Below the pieces are notes generated by a model, which had not been told where the DNA came from, did not search any database, and saw only the letters and a list, made by a program, of their open reading frames with translations. The translations under genes were made by a program, and so were the position numbers. A stretch of 42,139 nucleotides of DNA, taken from the NCBI GenBank assembly GCA_041497195.1, contig JBGQGB010000002.1, positions 1 to 42,139 of the forward strand. Reading direction: 5' to 3'. The stretch is from Candidatus Doudnabacteria bacterium. Lineage in GTDB: Bacteria > Patescibacteriota > Doudnabacteria > UBA920 > 2-01-FULL-46-14. Shown here piece after piece: positions 8,007-16,376 of the stretch; the first letter of the stretch is position 1, and every line of letters starts with the position of its first letter.

Positions 8007-8165
8007 ATGGCGCAAGAGAATTTGGTAAAGATGCAATGCACGGTCTGCAAGCGAATCAATTACTATACGACCAGAAATAAAAAATCTACGCCCGAGGCGC
8101 TGGAACTCAAAAAGTTTTGCAAATGGGATCGCAAAAAGACAGTGCATAAGGAAATGAAGAAGTAA
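8007..8165 (+). CDS. rpmG: 50S ribosomal protein L33 (52 aa; too short for the ORF track)
   Basis: MAQENLVKMQCTVCKRINYYTTRNKKSTPEALELKKFCKWDRKKTVHKEMKK; SD AAGGA upstream. Confidence 0.95.
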   Translation: MAQENLVKMQCTVCKRINYYTTRNKKSTPEALELKKFCKWDRKKTVHKEMKK

Positions 8166-8169
8166 AAAG

Positions 8170-8190
8170 ATCCCGCTCGCGCGGGATTTT
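8170..8190 (+). terminator. rpmG terminator
   Basis: ATCCCGC-tcgc-GCGGGAT followed by T run. Confidence 0.8.
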
Positions 8191-8202
8191 GATTTGCGAA
8201 GC

Positions 8203-8249
8203 AGCCAGCCCTATTTTTTTATTCAAATTTTATCTTCACGATATCTGGG
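8203..8249. repeat. Direct repeat copy A (metallophosphoesterase 3'-end-like)
   Basis: 42/47 identical, ungapped, to 8957-9003; 8217-8249 is 29/33 identical to 10995-11027. Confidence 0.9.
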
Positions 8250-8258
8250 ATTTTGTCC

Positions 8259-8287
8259 TTGATATCCAAAACGATTTCTGATACGCT
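8259..8287 (+). promoter_or_regulatory. Promoter of the 174-aa orphan gene
   Basis: TTGATA, 17 nt, TGaTACGCT. Confidence 0.6.
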
Positions 8288-8374
8288 GGACTGTCAGTTC
8301 ATGCTGACGATGTCCGAGCCTACAAGGGGAGGACATAGCTCCAAAAACCTATAAGGTGAATAGGAGGAAAAAAT

Positions 8375-8899
8375 ATGAAGGCGAGAGTCGCGAGGTTGTA
8401 TTTCCGCAGACATCCATGGCTGGGTGATTTATTTCGGGAATGGGGCTACGAATTTCGAGATAGTTGGCTGCAGGAGCGGCTGCACTTCATTGCGTTTAAG
8501 CCGTTCCGGTCTCTCGACTTGGATGCGTCTTTTCCCACAGAGGAAAACCGGTGTTGTCTCCATCACGGCGGACCCCTCGAAAGTTCGATGCATGCGTTTG
8601 TTATGTTCCACTATGTGGGGCCGCCGACAGAGGCACCTTGGGATCGGGCCACGAAACCCTTTTTTAAGCACCTCGGTCGTGTACGTGAGGGTCGCCCCCT
8701 GATCCAGGAGCTCAGGAGTATTTGCAATCAGCGTAGCAGTGATGATTATGCGCTGAGACCAGACGCAATTGTGGTGCGGTTTCAACTGAAGAGCGCCCAC
8801 CTCGGGATTTTAAATGCCGCTGTTGAAGTCTATCTGATTCCCGAGTCGTGGGAGCCACCTGTCGCTCCCGCGAAATCAAAGCGAGCAAAAAAGCCTTAG
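8375..8899 (+). CDS. Hypothetical protein (174 aa)
   Basis: Strong SD AGGAGG, own promoter and terminator; no recognised motif. Confidence 0.8.
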   Translation: MKARVARLYFRRHPWLGDLFREWGYEFRDSWLQERLHFIAFKPFRSLDLDASFPTEENRCCLHHGGPLESSMHAFVMFHYVGPPTEAPWDRATKPFFKHLGRVREGRPLIQELRSICNQRSSDDYALRPDAIVVRFQLKSAHLGILNAAVEVYLIPESWEPPVAPAKSKRAKKP

Positions 8900-8934
8900 C
8901 CAGGAGAAAGGCCTCTTGCGAATGCTTGTTTTGA

Positions 8935-8974
8935 AGGGTCGGTCTGCCTCACGGCAAGCCGGCCCTATTTTTTT
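8935..8974 (+). terminator. Terminator of the 174-aa gene; right arm lies inside repeat copy B
   Basis: AGGGTCGG..TGCC-tcac-GGCA..CCGGCCCT followed by a 7-T run. Confidence 0.8.
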
Positions 8975-9006
8975 GCTCAAATTTTATCTTCACGATCTCC
9001 GGGCGG
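8957..9006. repeat. Direct repeat copy B
   Basis: 8971-9006 is 32/36 identical to 10995-11030 (3' end of the metallophosphoesterase gene). Confidence 0.9.
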
Positions 9007-9027
9007 GTTTAAAATGCCCAAGCAAAT

Positions 9028-9588
9028 TTAGTTCTTTAGATATTCATTTTTTAAGAACTCAGTGAAGTCATCCATTTCTTTTTTGTATAGCAGCCGCCTC
9101 TCATTTCTCGTTTCTTCCGGAAGGTCGGGCAGTACCTCGAGCCCGTTGCTTTGAATACGGAAGCCGTATGCAATGTTATCGAATCCAAGCATTGCGTCGT
9201 AAGGGACTTTTCTGTCGTTGACGCGATAAAATTGATCTAAAAGTCTTATTGATTTGAGTCGTAATTCTCGTCCTTCTTTGTCCACTTTTTCCCGAAGCTC
9301 GTCATTATACTGCCACTTTTCGACATCCGGTTCTTCTGGGTACACTTCGACCCAAGGGGCGAGCGTTTGTTCCTCCAAGACCCTATCAGTCTCGGAATGT
9401 CCTTCGCAGGATTGCCTGGTGCGCAGTCCGTGAGCGTTAAACATTATGACTGCTTCTTTGATGCCCGGTTCAATAGGTCTGCCTGTCGCGTCAGTAATTT
9501 GGTCGATCTCCTTTCGGATTTCCTGAAGGTGATGCTCTTTGGCTGGCCTTCCTTGATCTCCGTGCAGTTCGTCAGAATTTGATGCCAT
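9028..9588 (-). CDS. Hypothetical protein with an N-x2-G-x2-T-x2-SCEGH motif
   Basis: 186-aa ORF coupled 5 nt downstream of the 442-aa ORF. Confidence 0.8.
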   Translation of the reverse strand: MASNSDELHGDQGRPAKEHHLQEIRKEIDQITDATGRPIEPGIKEAVIMFNAHGLRTRQSCEGHSETDRVLEEQTLAPWVEVYPEEPDVEKWQYNDELREKVDKEGRELRLKSIRLLDQFYRVNDRKVPYDAMLGFDNIAYGFRIQSNGLEVLPDLPEETRNERRLLYKKEMDDFTEFLKNEYLKN

Positions 9589-9593
9589 AGATT

Positions 9594-10922
9594 TTAGAGC
9601 TTAGATCTTAGATAGCCCAAAAGGTCTCCCATAACGCGTTCTTCAGATGGCCATCCTGTAACACTACCTGAAACTAATAATAGTCTAGTATTTATAGTAT
9701 TTAATAATATTTTTTTTTCTCGATCAGTGAGCGCTTGAAGAATCTGTTTGTCTGCTATAGTCGAGTGTACAAAGGCATCTTTGTCAGGGTTAGCTTTCAT
9801 TGCTTGAGTCATTAAATTTTCGTACTCTTTTTTGAGGTTTTTAAGTCTCTGAAGAAATCTATCTCCATCAGGATAAAGCATCCTAAAAGCGTCTAGGATG
9901 GCTGCTGTATTTTTTTGTTGGGTTTCCTGGTCTTTGCGGTTATCTCTGCGACCTTCTTCAATGTAGGGGGCATTCAGAATTTGATCGACGGCTTCTCTAG
10001 CGCTGTTTTTATTTCCTCGTTCGTTTAGCTTGGCCCGAATGTTATTGAGCTCGTTTTGGTTATTCTTTTGGTTTCTCGCGACCACTGCTTCTTTTGTAAA
10101 TTTTTTGGTTACCAAATTCCTAAGCGAGGCATCCAGATTCCTTTTGTCACCGGTTCGGCTGAATTGGGTGCCGATTGTTCTCAATTCACCAGTCAAGAAA
10201 TGCATTTCTTGTTCCGACATATTTCCGACACGTCGCAGCAGCTCCTGTCGAGAAGGAACATCTTCGGGGACGCCAGCAAGCGAATACAATTTTTCCAGAG
10301 AGCTAGTCGTCGATGAGCGACCCTGCATCTCTTGTTCACGAGCCCGTTGTCCAGTAGAAGTCCGTTCCGCCCTTGCTTGTTTCTCCATAAACAAAGCGTC
10401 TCTTATGGCTCGGCGCTCATCCCAGGATTGCTTGATTTCCGGTGTAAGGTTCCTTTGCGAGGTGGCGCGTGTTTGCAATAAGCCTTCCACGTATTTTAGT
10501 GTTTTTTCAATGCCCTGCATTCCCTCCTGCCCTGGTTGGTTCATCTGCAGAATTGTGCTTTGAATTTCCAAAGCATCCCGTCTATCACTATGATCTCCAA
10601 GAGATCCCAGTTCTTCCGCGTTTCGATTTAGGGTAGCCTGAGATTCTTGAAAAGACAGAGGCTCCCTGCCCGTCCTTTGGTTTTCCAGTCCATTAGCTTG
10701 GGTGGCTACATAGCGTAGCTCGTCATTCCAGTTTCCTGGCTGTTCCAAAAGCTGCTGGCCTTTGTGATAGTTTTCTTGAGCAAATTCCGTACCTGCGCGG
10801 ATATAAGTATCATAAAACGCAGATCGCCCCATTGAAGCGCTTCTATCGGCAATTTCATACATTTTTCTAGCTACTTCCTGGGATTGATTTTGTGTGGTTT
10901 CTTGGCTTTCGACGTATGGCAT
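9594..10922 (-). CDS. Hypothetical charged, helical protein (442 aa)
   Basis: Long ORF rich in E/Q/R/K, no TM; TATAAT on the minus strand just upstream. Confidence 0.82.
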   Translation of the reverse strand: MPYVESQETTQNQSQEVARKMYEIADRSASMGRSAFYDTYIRAGTEFAQENYHKGQQLLEQPGNWNDELRYVATQANGLENQRTGREPLSFQESQATLNRNAEELGSLGDHSDRRDALEIQSTILQMNQPGQEGMQGIEKTLKYVEGLLQTRATSQRNLTPEIKQSWDERRAIRDALFMEKQARAERTSTGQRAREQEMQGRSSTTSSLEKLYSLAGVPEDVPSRQELLRRVGNMSEQEMHFLTGELRTIGTQFSRTGDKRNLDASLRNLVTKKFTKEAVVARNQKNNQNELNNIRAKLNERGNKNSAREAVDQILNAPYIEEGRRDNRKDQETQQKNTAAILDAFRMLYPDGDRFLQRLKNLKKEYENLMTQAMKANPDKDAFVHSTIADKQILQALTDREKKILLNTINTRLLLVSGSVTGWPSEERVMGDLLGYLRSKL

Positions 10923-10996
10923 CGGAGAAAGTTTACGCTGCTTTTTGCGAGTTTATTATAACCTAGTAAAATAAAGACCGCCATTCTCAGGCAGTT

Positions 10997-12169
10997 TTAT
11001 TCAAATTGTATCTTCACAATCTCCGGGCGGTTGCCGACGCGCATCAGCGGGCCCCAGGTACCGACACCATTGGTCGTGTAGATGGTCAAACGGCCTGATT
11101 TGTTGAGCCCGTAGTGAAAACGTCCGTAAATCAGGCGACTGACGTAATTAAAAGGAAAAATTTGCCCTTTGTGCGTATGACCAGAGAGCATCAGAGAAAC
11201 TCCCGCCTGTTCAATTTCTTTTATATTTACTGGCGCGTGAAACAGTAAGATGCTCGGCTTGTTGCGGGCAAAAGCGAGATGAGCCAGCACATCGCTTATT
11301 TTGCCAAATTTTTCGCTCATTCGGTAGTCGAGGCCCATAATCTGCATGCCCTGGACCTCGATAAAGCTATCCCGCAAGATGTTGACCCCGATTTTTGTGA
11401 GAGCATCGGTGACGAGCTGGTCGTTGCCGACAAATTCGTCGTGATTGCCGAACGCGAAGTGAATTCCCATACTCGGCTGGAGTTTTGCCAATGGGGACAC
11501 GCCATCCACAAAATCCATGGTGGGCCCGTCAAAAACATCCCCGGCGATAAAGATGACGTCTGGGTTGAGCGCGGCCGTTGTTTCGACAATTTTTCGCATG
11601 AATTTTTTTCCGTGAATCAGGCCCAGGTGAGAGTCTGCAAAAAGTACGGCGGTTTTATGCTGCCAGGCGGGCGGGAGATTTTCGAGTTTGATGCTCAATT
11701 CCCTGATGGCCGGTCTTCGCCCATTCCACAGGCCATAGCCACAAACGATAATCGCGATCGCGAATACGGTTTGATGAACGATTGCTCCTGCTTGGGGGTT
11801 GAGGGGAGCGCCCTGGAGGATATAGATAATCCAGGACAGAAATGAGGCAAAGAACAAATAGGTGATGATCCCGAGCCAGAAGGACGATACTGAATAAAAA
11901 AACCGAAGTGTAGAATTGTTTCGGCTTCGGGAAAGAAATGAGGTCAAAATAAACATCACGGGTAGGACCGCGAAAATAGGCAGGGCCGCGTCTAAAAGAT
12001 ACGGTTCAGGAAGAACCCCAAAGTACGCGACAGTGTGGTAAACGAAGTAGGTCGCCAACCCGAGAACAAGTGAAAAAACCAGGAGGAAAATTATGAAAGC
12101 GATGCGCACGGGAACTCTTGGGATTAATTGCAAACCGAGCTTGTTTTGAATTATATCGAAAATAGGCAA
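10997..12169 (-). CDS. Membrane-anchored metallophosphoesterase (YkuE-like)
   Basis: ADSHLG, AGDVFD, GNHD, LLFHAP, SGHTHKGQ calcineurin-like motifs; N-terminal TM helices. Its last codons are repeat copy C (10995-11030). Confidence 0.93.
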   Translation of the reverse strand: MPIFDIIQNKLGLQLIPRVPVRIAFIIFLLVFSLVLGLATYFVYHTVAYFGVLPEPYLLDAALPIFAVLPVMFILTSFLSRSRNNSTLRFFYSVSSFWLGIITYLFFASFLSWIIYILQGAPLNPQAGAIVHQTVFAIAIIVCGYGLWNGRRPAIRELSIKLENLPPAWQHKTAVLFADSHLGLIHGKKFMRKIVETTAALNPDVIFIAGDVFDGPTMDFVDGVSPLAKLQPSMGIHFAFGNHDEFVGNDQLVTDALTKIGVNILRDSFIEVQGMQIMGLDYRMSEKFGKISDVLAHLAFARNKPSILLFHAPVNIKEIEQAGVSLMLSGHTHKGQIFPFNYVSRLIYGRFHYGLNKSGRLTIYTTNGVGTWGPLMRVGNRPEIVKIQFE

Positions 12170-12297
12170 AAATTGGAACTACCAGGCTGGTAAGAACCTG
12201 GATAGTTTTGCGTCAGTATAGTCAAGATTGCGTTCATTCCAGAGCTGCCTCTTTGTGATTTTACTGACATCCGATATAATGGATTGAGAATAGACAC

Positions 12298-12873
12298 ATG
12301 GCCCAAGCTTTAGAAAATTTTACTGATGAAGAATTAGTCAGCCAGGCTGGTTCTGGAGAAAGGGAAGCCTTGGAGGTTTTGATTCGCCGTTATTTATGGC
12401 CGGTTTTTCACTTTGTCTATAAGATTTTGAGGACCAAGGAAGAGGCTGAAGACGTGTCCCAGGAAGTTTTTGTCAAAGTCTGGCGCAACTTGGCTAAATT
12501 TGACCACAATTTGCGTTTTGAACCATGGCTCTTTCGGATTGCAAGAAATACGGCTCTCGACAGGCTCAAAAAGAAACAGAGTATTCCTTTTTCCGCCTAT
12601 GATACGGATGACCAGGAAAATTGGTTGGCAGAGACTCTAGTGAGTCTTGAGCCAACGCCCGAGGAAGCGGTTGACAGCTCTGCGGCGAAGGGGGTGCTGG
12701 ATGCTGCTTTGGAAAAACTGTCTCCTCATCAGCGACAGGTGGTTCGGATGCGTCATTTTGAGCAGTTAAGCTTTCGGGAGATAGCAGCCAGCCTCGCTGA
12801 GCCGACAAATACGGTCAAGAGCCGGTACCGCAGGGCCCTTCAGCAACTGCGCAAGATATTGCCGGATTTTTAG
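12298..12873 (+). CDS. ECF (sigma70 group 4) sigma factor
   Basis: AEDVSQEVFVKVW, WLFRIARN region 2; LSFREIA...NTVKSRYRRA region 4. Confidence 0.95.
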   Translation: MAQALENFTDEELVSQAGSGEREALEVLIRRYLWPVFHFVYKILRTKEEAEDVSQEVFVKVWRNLAKFDHNLRFEPWLFRIARNTALDRLKKKQSIPFSAYDTDDQENWLAETLVSLEPTPEEAVDSSAAKGVLDAALEKLSPHQRQVVRMRHFEQLSFREIAASLAEPTNTVKSRYRRALQQLRKILPDF

Positions 12874-12880
12874 GTAATTT

Positions 12881-12909
12881 TGCACCAAAAATAGCAAACT
12901 CCTCGTATT
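12881..12909 (+). promoter_or_regulatory. Putative ECF-dependent promoter
   Basis: TGCACC, 17 nt, CGTATT between the sigma and anti-sigma genes; resembles SigW-type TGAAAC-N16/17-CGTA. Confidence 0.5.
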
Positions 12910-12934
12910 AACTACGGGGGGTTATGTTTTTTGT

Positions 12935-13363
12935 ATGAGTCAAAATACTAGCCAGCTGAACCACAATGCCAACTTTTTGCCAGAACCGTCGCCGGACCTT
13001 TTCCGCAAGGTCATGCTTCGTGTTGCGCGCGAGCAGCGGGTTTTGATGCTCAAAAAATTATTTTTGTTTGTTTTTTGTTTTGCCGGTTCCGTGGCGCTGA
13101 CTATTCCGGCGTGGCGAACTCTTCAAGGGGAACTCAGCCGTTCGGGATTCTGGCAATATTTGACTATCGCCCTGTCTGATTTGCACGTAGCTTCTCAATA
13201 TTGGCAGGATTTTACCTGGTCGCTTTTGGAGTCTTTGCCAGCTATCAGCGCAGCCGCGTTGTTGGCGGCATTTGCGGTTTCGCTGATTTCGCTGAAGTTC
13301 ATCATCCGTTATTCGAAATTTATTTTTGGCAACCCGCAAATTTTGCGCACGCAGCGCCATTAA
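12935..13363 (+). CDS. Probable membrane anti-sigma factor
   Basis: Follows the ECF gene; PEPSPDLFRKVM N-terminus and 2-3 TM segments. Function inferred from position. Confidence 0.6.
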   Translation: MSQNTSQLNHNANFLPEPSPDLFRKVMLRVAREQRVLMLKKLFLFVFCFAGSVALTIPAWRTLQGELSRSGFWQYLTIALSDLHVASQYWQDFTWSLLESLPAISAAALLAAFAVSLISLKFIIRYSKFIFGNPQILRTQRH

Positions 13364-13366
13364 GAT

Positions 13367-13864
13367 ATGGATTTAAATAAATTTTTTCAGTCCAGAATTT
13401 TTTCCAGCACGCTGGTGGTCGTGTCAGCAGTTATAGTTTTGCTTTTGGTCTTTGCGCTCGGCGCTTTCGTCGGTTTTCAGAAAGCAAGGTTTTCTTTCGG
13501 CTGGGGGGAAAACTACCATCGCGTTTTCGGTGGTCCCAGAGGGGGATTTTTACCTAATTTTGTCGGCGACGATTTCATAAACGGGCATGGCACTTTCGGC
13601 ACCATCATCAAGCTTGAACCAGGCTTGCTTGTCGTGAAGGGCCAGGATGGCGTGGAAAAAGCCTTTAGCATTGGCGATGACACGACTATCGAGAAAGGGC
13701 GCACTGTTTTGACAAGTAACGATTTGAAAGTCGACGAGCAGGTCGTAGTGATTGGCTCGCCTAAGACAGACGGCTCGATTGAGGCTAAATTAGTAAGGGT
13801 ATTTGATCGGTCGGACAGTAGATCAGCAGTGCCCTTGGGTCTTCCCCCTGTTGGGCCGAAATAG
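13367..13864 (+). CDS. Membrane-anchored protein with a DUF5666-like beta domain
   Basis: One TM; GTIIKL...LVVKG...DDTTI...VVVIGSPKTDGSIEAKLVRV pattern. Confidence 0.65.
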   Translation: MDLNKFFQSRIFSSTLVVVSAVIVLLLVFALGAFVGFQKARFSFGWGENYHRVFGGPRGGFLPNFVGDDFINGHGTFGTIIKLEPGLLVVKGQDGVEKAFSIGDDTTIEKGRTVLTSNDLKVDEQVVVIGSPKTDGSIEAKLVRVFDRSDSRSAVPLGLPPVGPK

Positions 13865-13873
13865 TCTCAAATT

Positions 13874-15655
13874 ATGAAAAAGTTTTTTCAGTATATACTG
13901 CGGCACAAAATCGCTTCTGTAATAATTCTAATCTTGGCTGCGACAGCTGGATATTATCTGTACAAATCAGTCGCACCGAAAGGCGCCGCTGTTCGCTATG
14001 TCACGGGCCAAGTGCAAAAAGGGACGATTGTGGTCTCTCTCAGCGGCACCGGCCAGGTTTCCGCATCGAACCAGTTGGACCTCAAACCAAAAGCCTCCGG
14101 GGACGTTACTTACGTAGGCGTGAGGGCCGGCCAACCAGTCAAAGCGGGAACTTTGATTGCTCAGTTTGATTCGACCGCAGCCCAAAAGTCAGTCAGAGAC
14201 GCACAAGCCAACGTGCAGAGCGCAAAACTTTCCCTACAGAAGTTGCAACAGCCTCCGGCTTCGCTTTCTATCACGCAAGCGGAAGATGCCGTGGCGCGCG
14301 CGCAAGAGTCGAAACAAAACTCGGAAAATGGCCTGGTAAAAGCCTACCAAGACGGTTTCAATAACGTGGCAAACGCTTTCCTTGATTTGCCCACCATCAT
14401 GACGGGTTTACAAAATATTCTTTATTCAAGCAGCCCGGGTTTGGGCGGGGGTAATCAAACCAATATCAATTATTACGGCGACGTGGCTACGCAATATGAT
14501 AGTCGGGGAAAACCATACCGCAACGACGCGGATCAAAAGTATCAGTCCGCCCTGAGCGCGTACAATCAAACCTTTGATGACTACAAAGCTGCGAGTAGGA
14601 CCTCGCCTACCAGCACGGTAGAGTCCCTCATTGATGAGACTTACCATACGACCAAGAGCATCGCCGAGTCGGTCAAAAGCGTAAACAATTTGATTCAATT
14701 GTACAAAGACGTCCTGACCAAGCAAAATCTCTCCCCGGCGTCGCTTGCTAGCACGCATCTGGACAGCCTCAATACCTACGTGGGAGAGACAAATACTCAT
14801 CTCACTAATCTCCTTTCATCTCAAACGACTATTCAGAGCGACAAGACGGGGATAGTCGATTCCCAAAGAACGATTAACGAAGATACCCAGTCGCTAGCTA
14901 GTCTCCAGGCTGGGCCTAATGCGATCGACCTGCAATCAGCGCAATTGTCCCTGCAGCAGAAAGAAAACGCACTTTTGGACGCTCAGCAAACGCTGGCGGA
15001 CTATTCGGTTTACGTTCCTTTTGACGGGACGGTTGCCAAAGTCAATGTCAAAAAAGGGGATACCGCCAGCAGCGGGACCGCAGTCGCCACTCTCATCACG
15101 AATCAGCAACTGGCAACGATTTCGCTCAATGAAGTGGATGTCGCAAAAGTGAAGCTCGGCCAGAAAGCCACTTTGAGTTTTGACGCGATTGATGGATTGA
15201 CCATCACCGGGGAAGTTGCGGAAATTGATCCTATCGGGACAGTCTCCCAAGGGGTAGTCAACTACAGCGTACAAATCGGTTTTGATACCCAAGACGACAG
15301 GGTCAAATCCGGTATGAGTGTTTCGGCGGCCATAATCACGGAGGCCAAACAGGATGTTTTGACCGTGGCGAATTCTGCCGTCAAATCAGACAATATCGGT
15401 ACTTACGTGCAAATTTTGGACGCCCGCGGGCAGCCTCAGAATCAAACGGTCCAAGTTGGCATATCCAATGACACCCTTACGGAAATCACCAGCGGTTTGC
15501 AGGAAGGGCAGAGTGTCATTACCCAAACAATTAATACTAGCAGCAGCAGCGCCACAACCGGCACGACTCAACGCAGTACCGGAGGGCTTGGGATACCAGG
15601 CTTAGGCGGCGGCGGGGCTGGCGGGGGCGCTATTAGAAGGGCAGCGGGGGATTGA
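13874..15655 (+). CDS. MacA/HlyD-like periplasmic adaptor with a long helical insertion
   Basis: SGDVTYVGVRAGQPVKAG and PFDGTVAKVNVKKGD lipoyl halves; Gly-rich C-terminus. Confidence 0.9.
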   Translation: MKKFFQYILRHKIASVIILILAATAGYYLYKSVAPKGAAVRYVTGQVQKGTIVVSLSGTGQVSASNQLDLKPKASGDVTYVGVRAGQPVKAGTLIAQFDSTAAQKSVRDAQANVQSAKLSLQKLQQPPASLSITQAEDAVARAQESKQNSENGLVKAYQDGFNNVANAFLDLPTIMTGLQNILYSSSPGLGGGNQTNINYYGDVATQYDSRGKPYRNDADQKYQSALSAYNQTFDDYKAASRTSPTSTVESLIDETYHTTKSIAESVKSVNNLIQLYKDVLTKQNLSPASLASTHLDSLNTYVGETNTHLTNLLSSQTTIQSDKTGIVDSQRTINEDTQSLASLQAGPNAIDLQSAQLSLQQKENALLDAQQTLADYSVYVPFDGTVAKVNVKKGDTASSGTAVATLITNQQLATISLNEVDVAKVKLGQKATLSFDAIDGLTITGEVAEIDPIGTVSQGVVNYSVQIGFDTQDDRVKSGMSVSAAIITEAKQDVLTVANSAVKSDNIGTYVQILDARGQPQNQTVQVGISNDTLTEITSGLQEGQSVITQTINTSSSSATTGTTQRSTGGLGIPGLGGGGAGGGAIRRAAGD

Positions 15656-15656
15656 A

Positions 15657-16376
15657 ATGATTGAATGTCAGCACATAAATAAATCTTATTTTAACGGCGG
15701 CATCGAAACCAAGGTTTTACAGGATATATCTTTTACGATAAGCGAAGGAGAATTTGTGGCTATCACCGGCCCATCTGGTTCGGGCAAATCCACGTTGATG
15801 CATATTTTGGGGGCCTTGGATACGCCGACTTCCGGTAAATATATTTTGGATGGAAAAGACGTTTCCACGCTTTCTGACGACGAACTGGCCGATATCCGAA
15901 AAGAAAAAATTGGTTTTGTGTTTCAATCCTTCAATCTGCTGCCGCGCGCCAGTGTTTTGCGAAACATCGCTTTGCCCCTAGTCTATGCCGAAATGGATCG
16001 CACTCGTCGTGAAGAAATAGCCAAACAGGCTGCTGTGCAAGCAGGGTTGGATGAGACCCGATTTCACTATTTGTCCAATCAGCTGTCCGGCGGCCAGATG
16101 CAGCGCGTCGCTATTGCCCGTGCGCTCGTGAATAATCCCCATTTGCTTTTGGCAGACGAACCGACTGGCAATCTGGATACTAAAACCGGGGATATTGTAC
16201 TGGCTACGTTTCAAAGTCTTAATATTCAAGGCCGTACGATCATATTAATAACGCATGAGCCATACGTCGCTGAACACGCTGATAGGATTATCCGGATAAA
16301 AGACGGGAGGATTTTGGACGACGTGAAAAATCGCGCGAAAAAGCTCAGAGTGGACTACCAAACCCATGAAGGTTAG
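15657..16376 (+). CDS. ABC transporter ATP-binding subunit (MacB/LolD type)
   Basis: [37 protein letters not shown]. Confidence 0.96.
   Translation: MIECQHINKSYFNGGIETKVLQDISFTISEGEFVAITGPSGSGKSTLMHILGALDTPTSGKYILDGKDVSTLSDDELADIRKEKIGFVFQSFNLLPRASVLRNIALPLVYAEMDRTRREEIAKQAAVQAGLDETRFHYLSNQLSGGQMQRVAIARALVNNPHLLLADEPTGNLDTKTGDIVLATFQSLNIQGRTIILITHEPYVAEHADRIIRIKDGRILDDVKNRAKKLRVDYQTHEG

Noticed and set aside
8304-8340. Hammerhead ribozyme (CTGACGA followed by a stem)
   Set aside because: The required GAAA after stem II and the cleavage-site stem are missing.
8203-11030. CRISPR array from the three direct repeats
   Set aside because: Spacers are 0.7 and 2 kb and contain genes; no cas genes; repeats derive from a CDS end.
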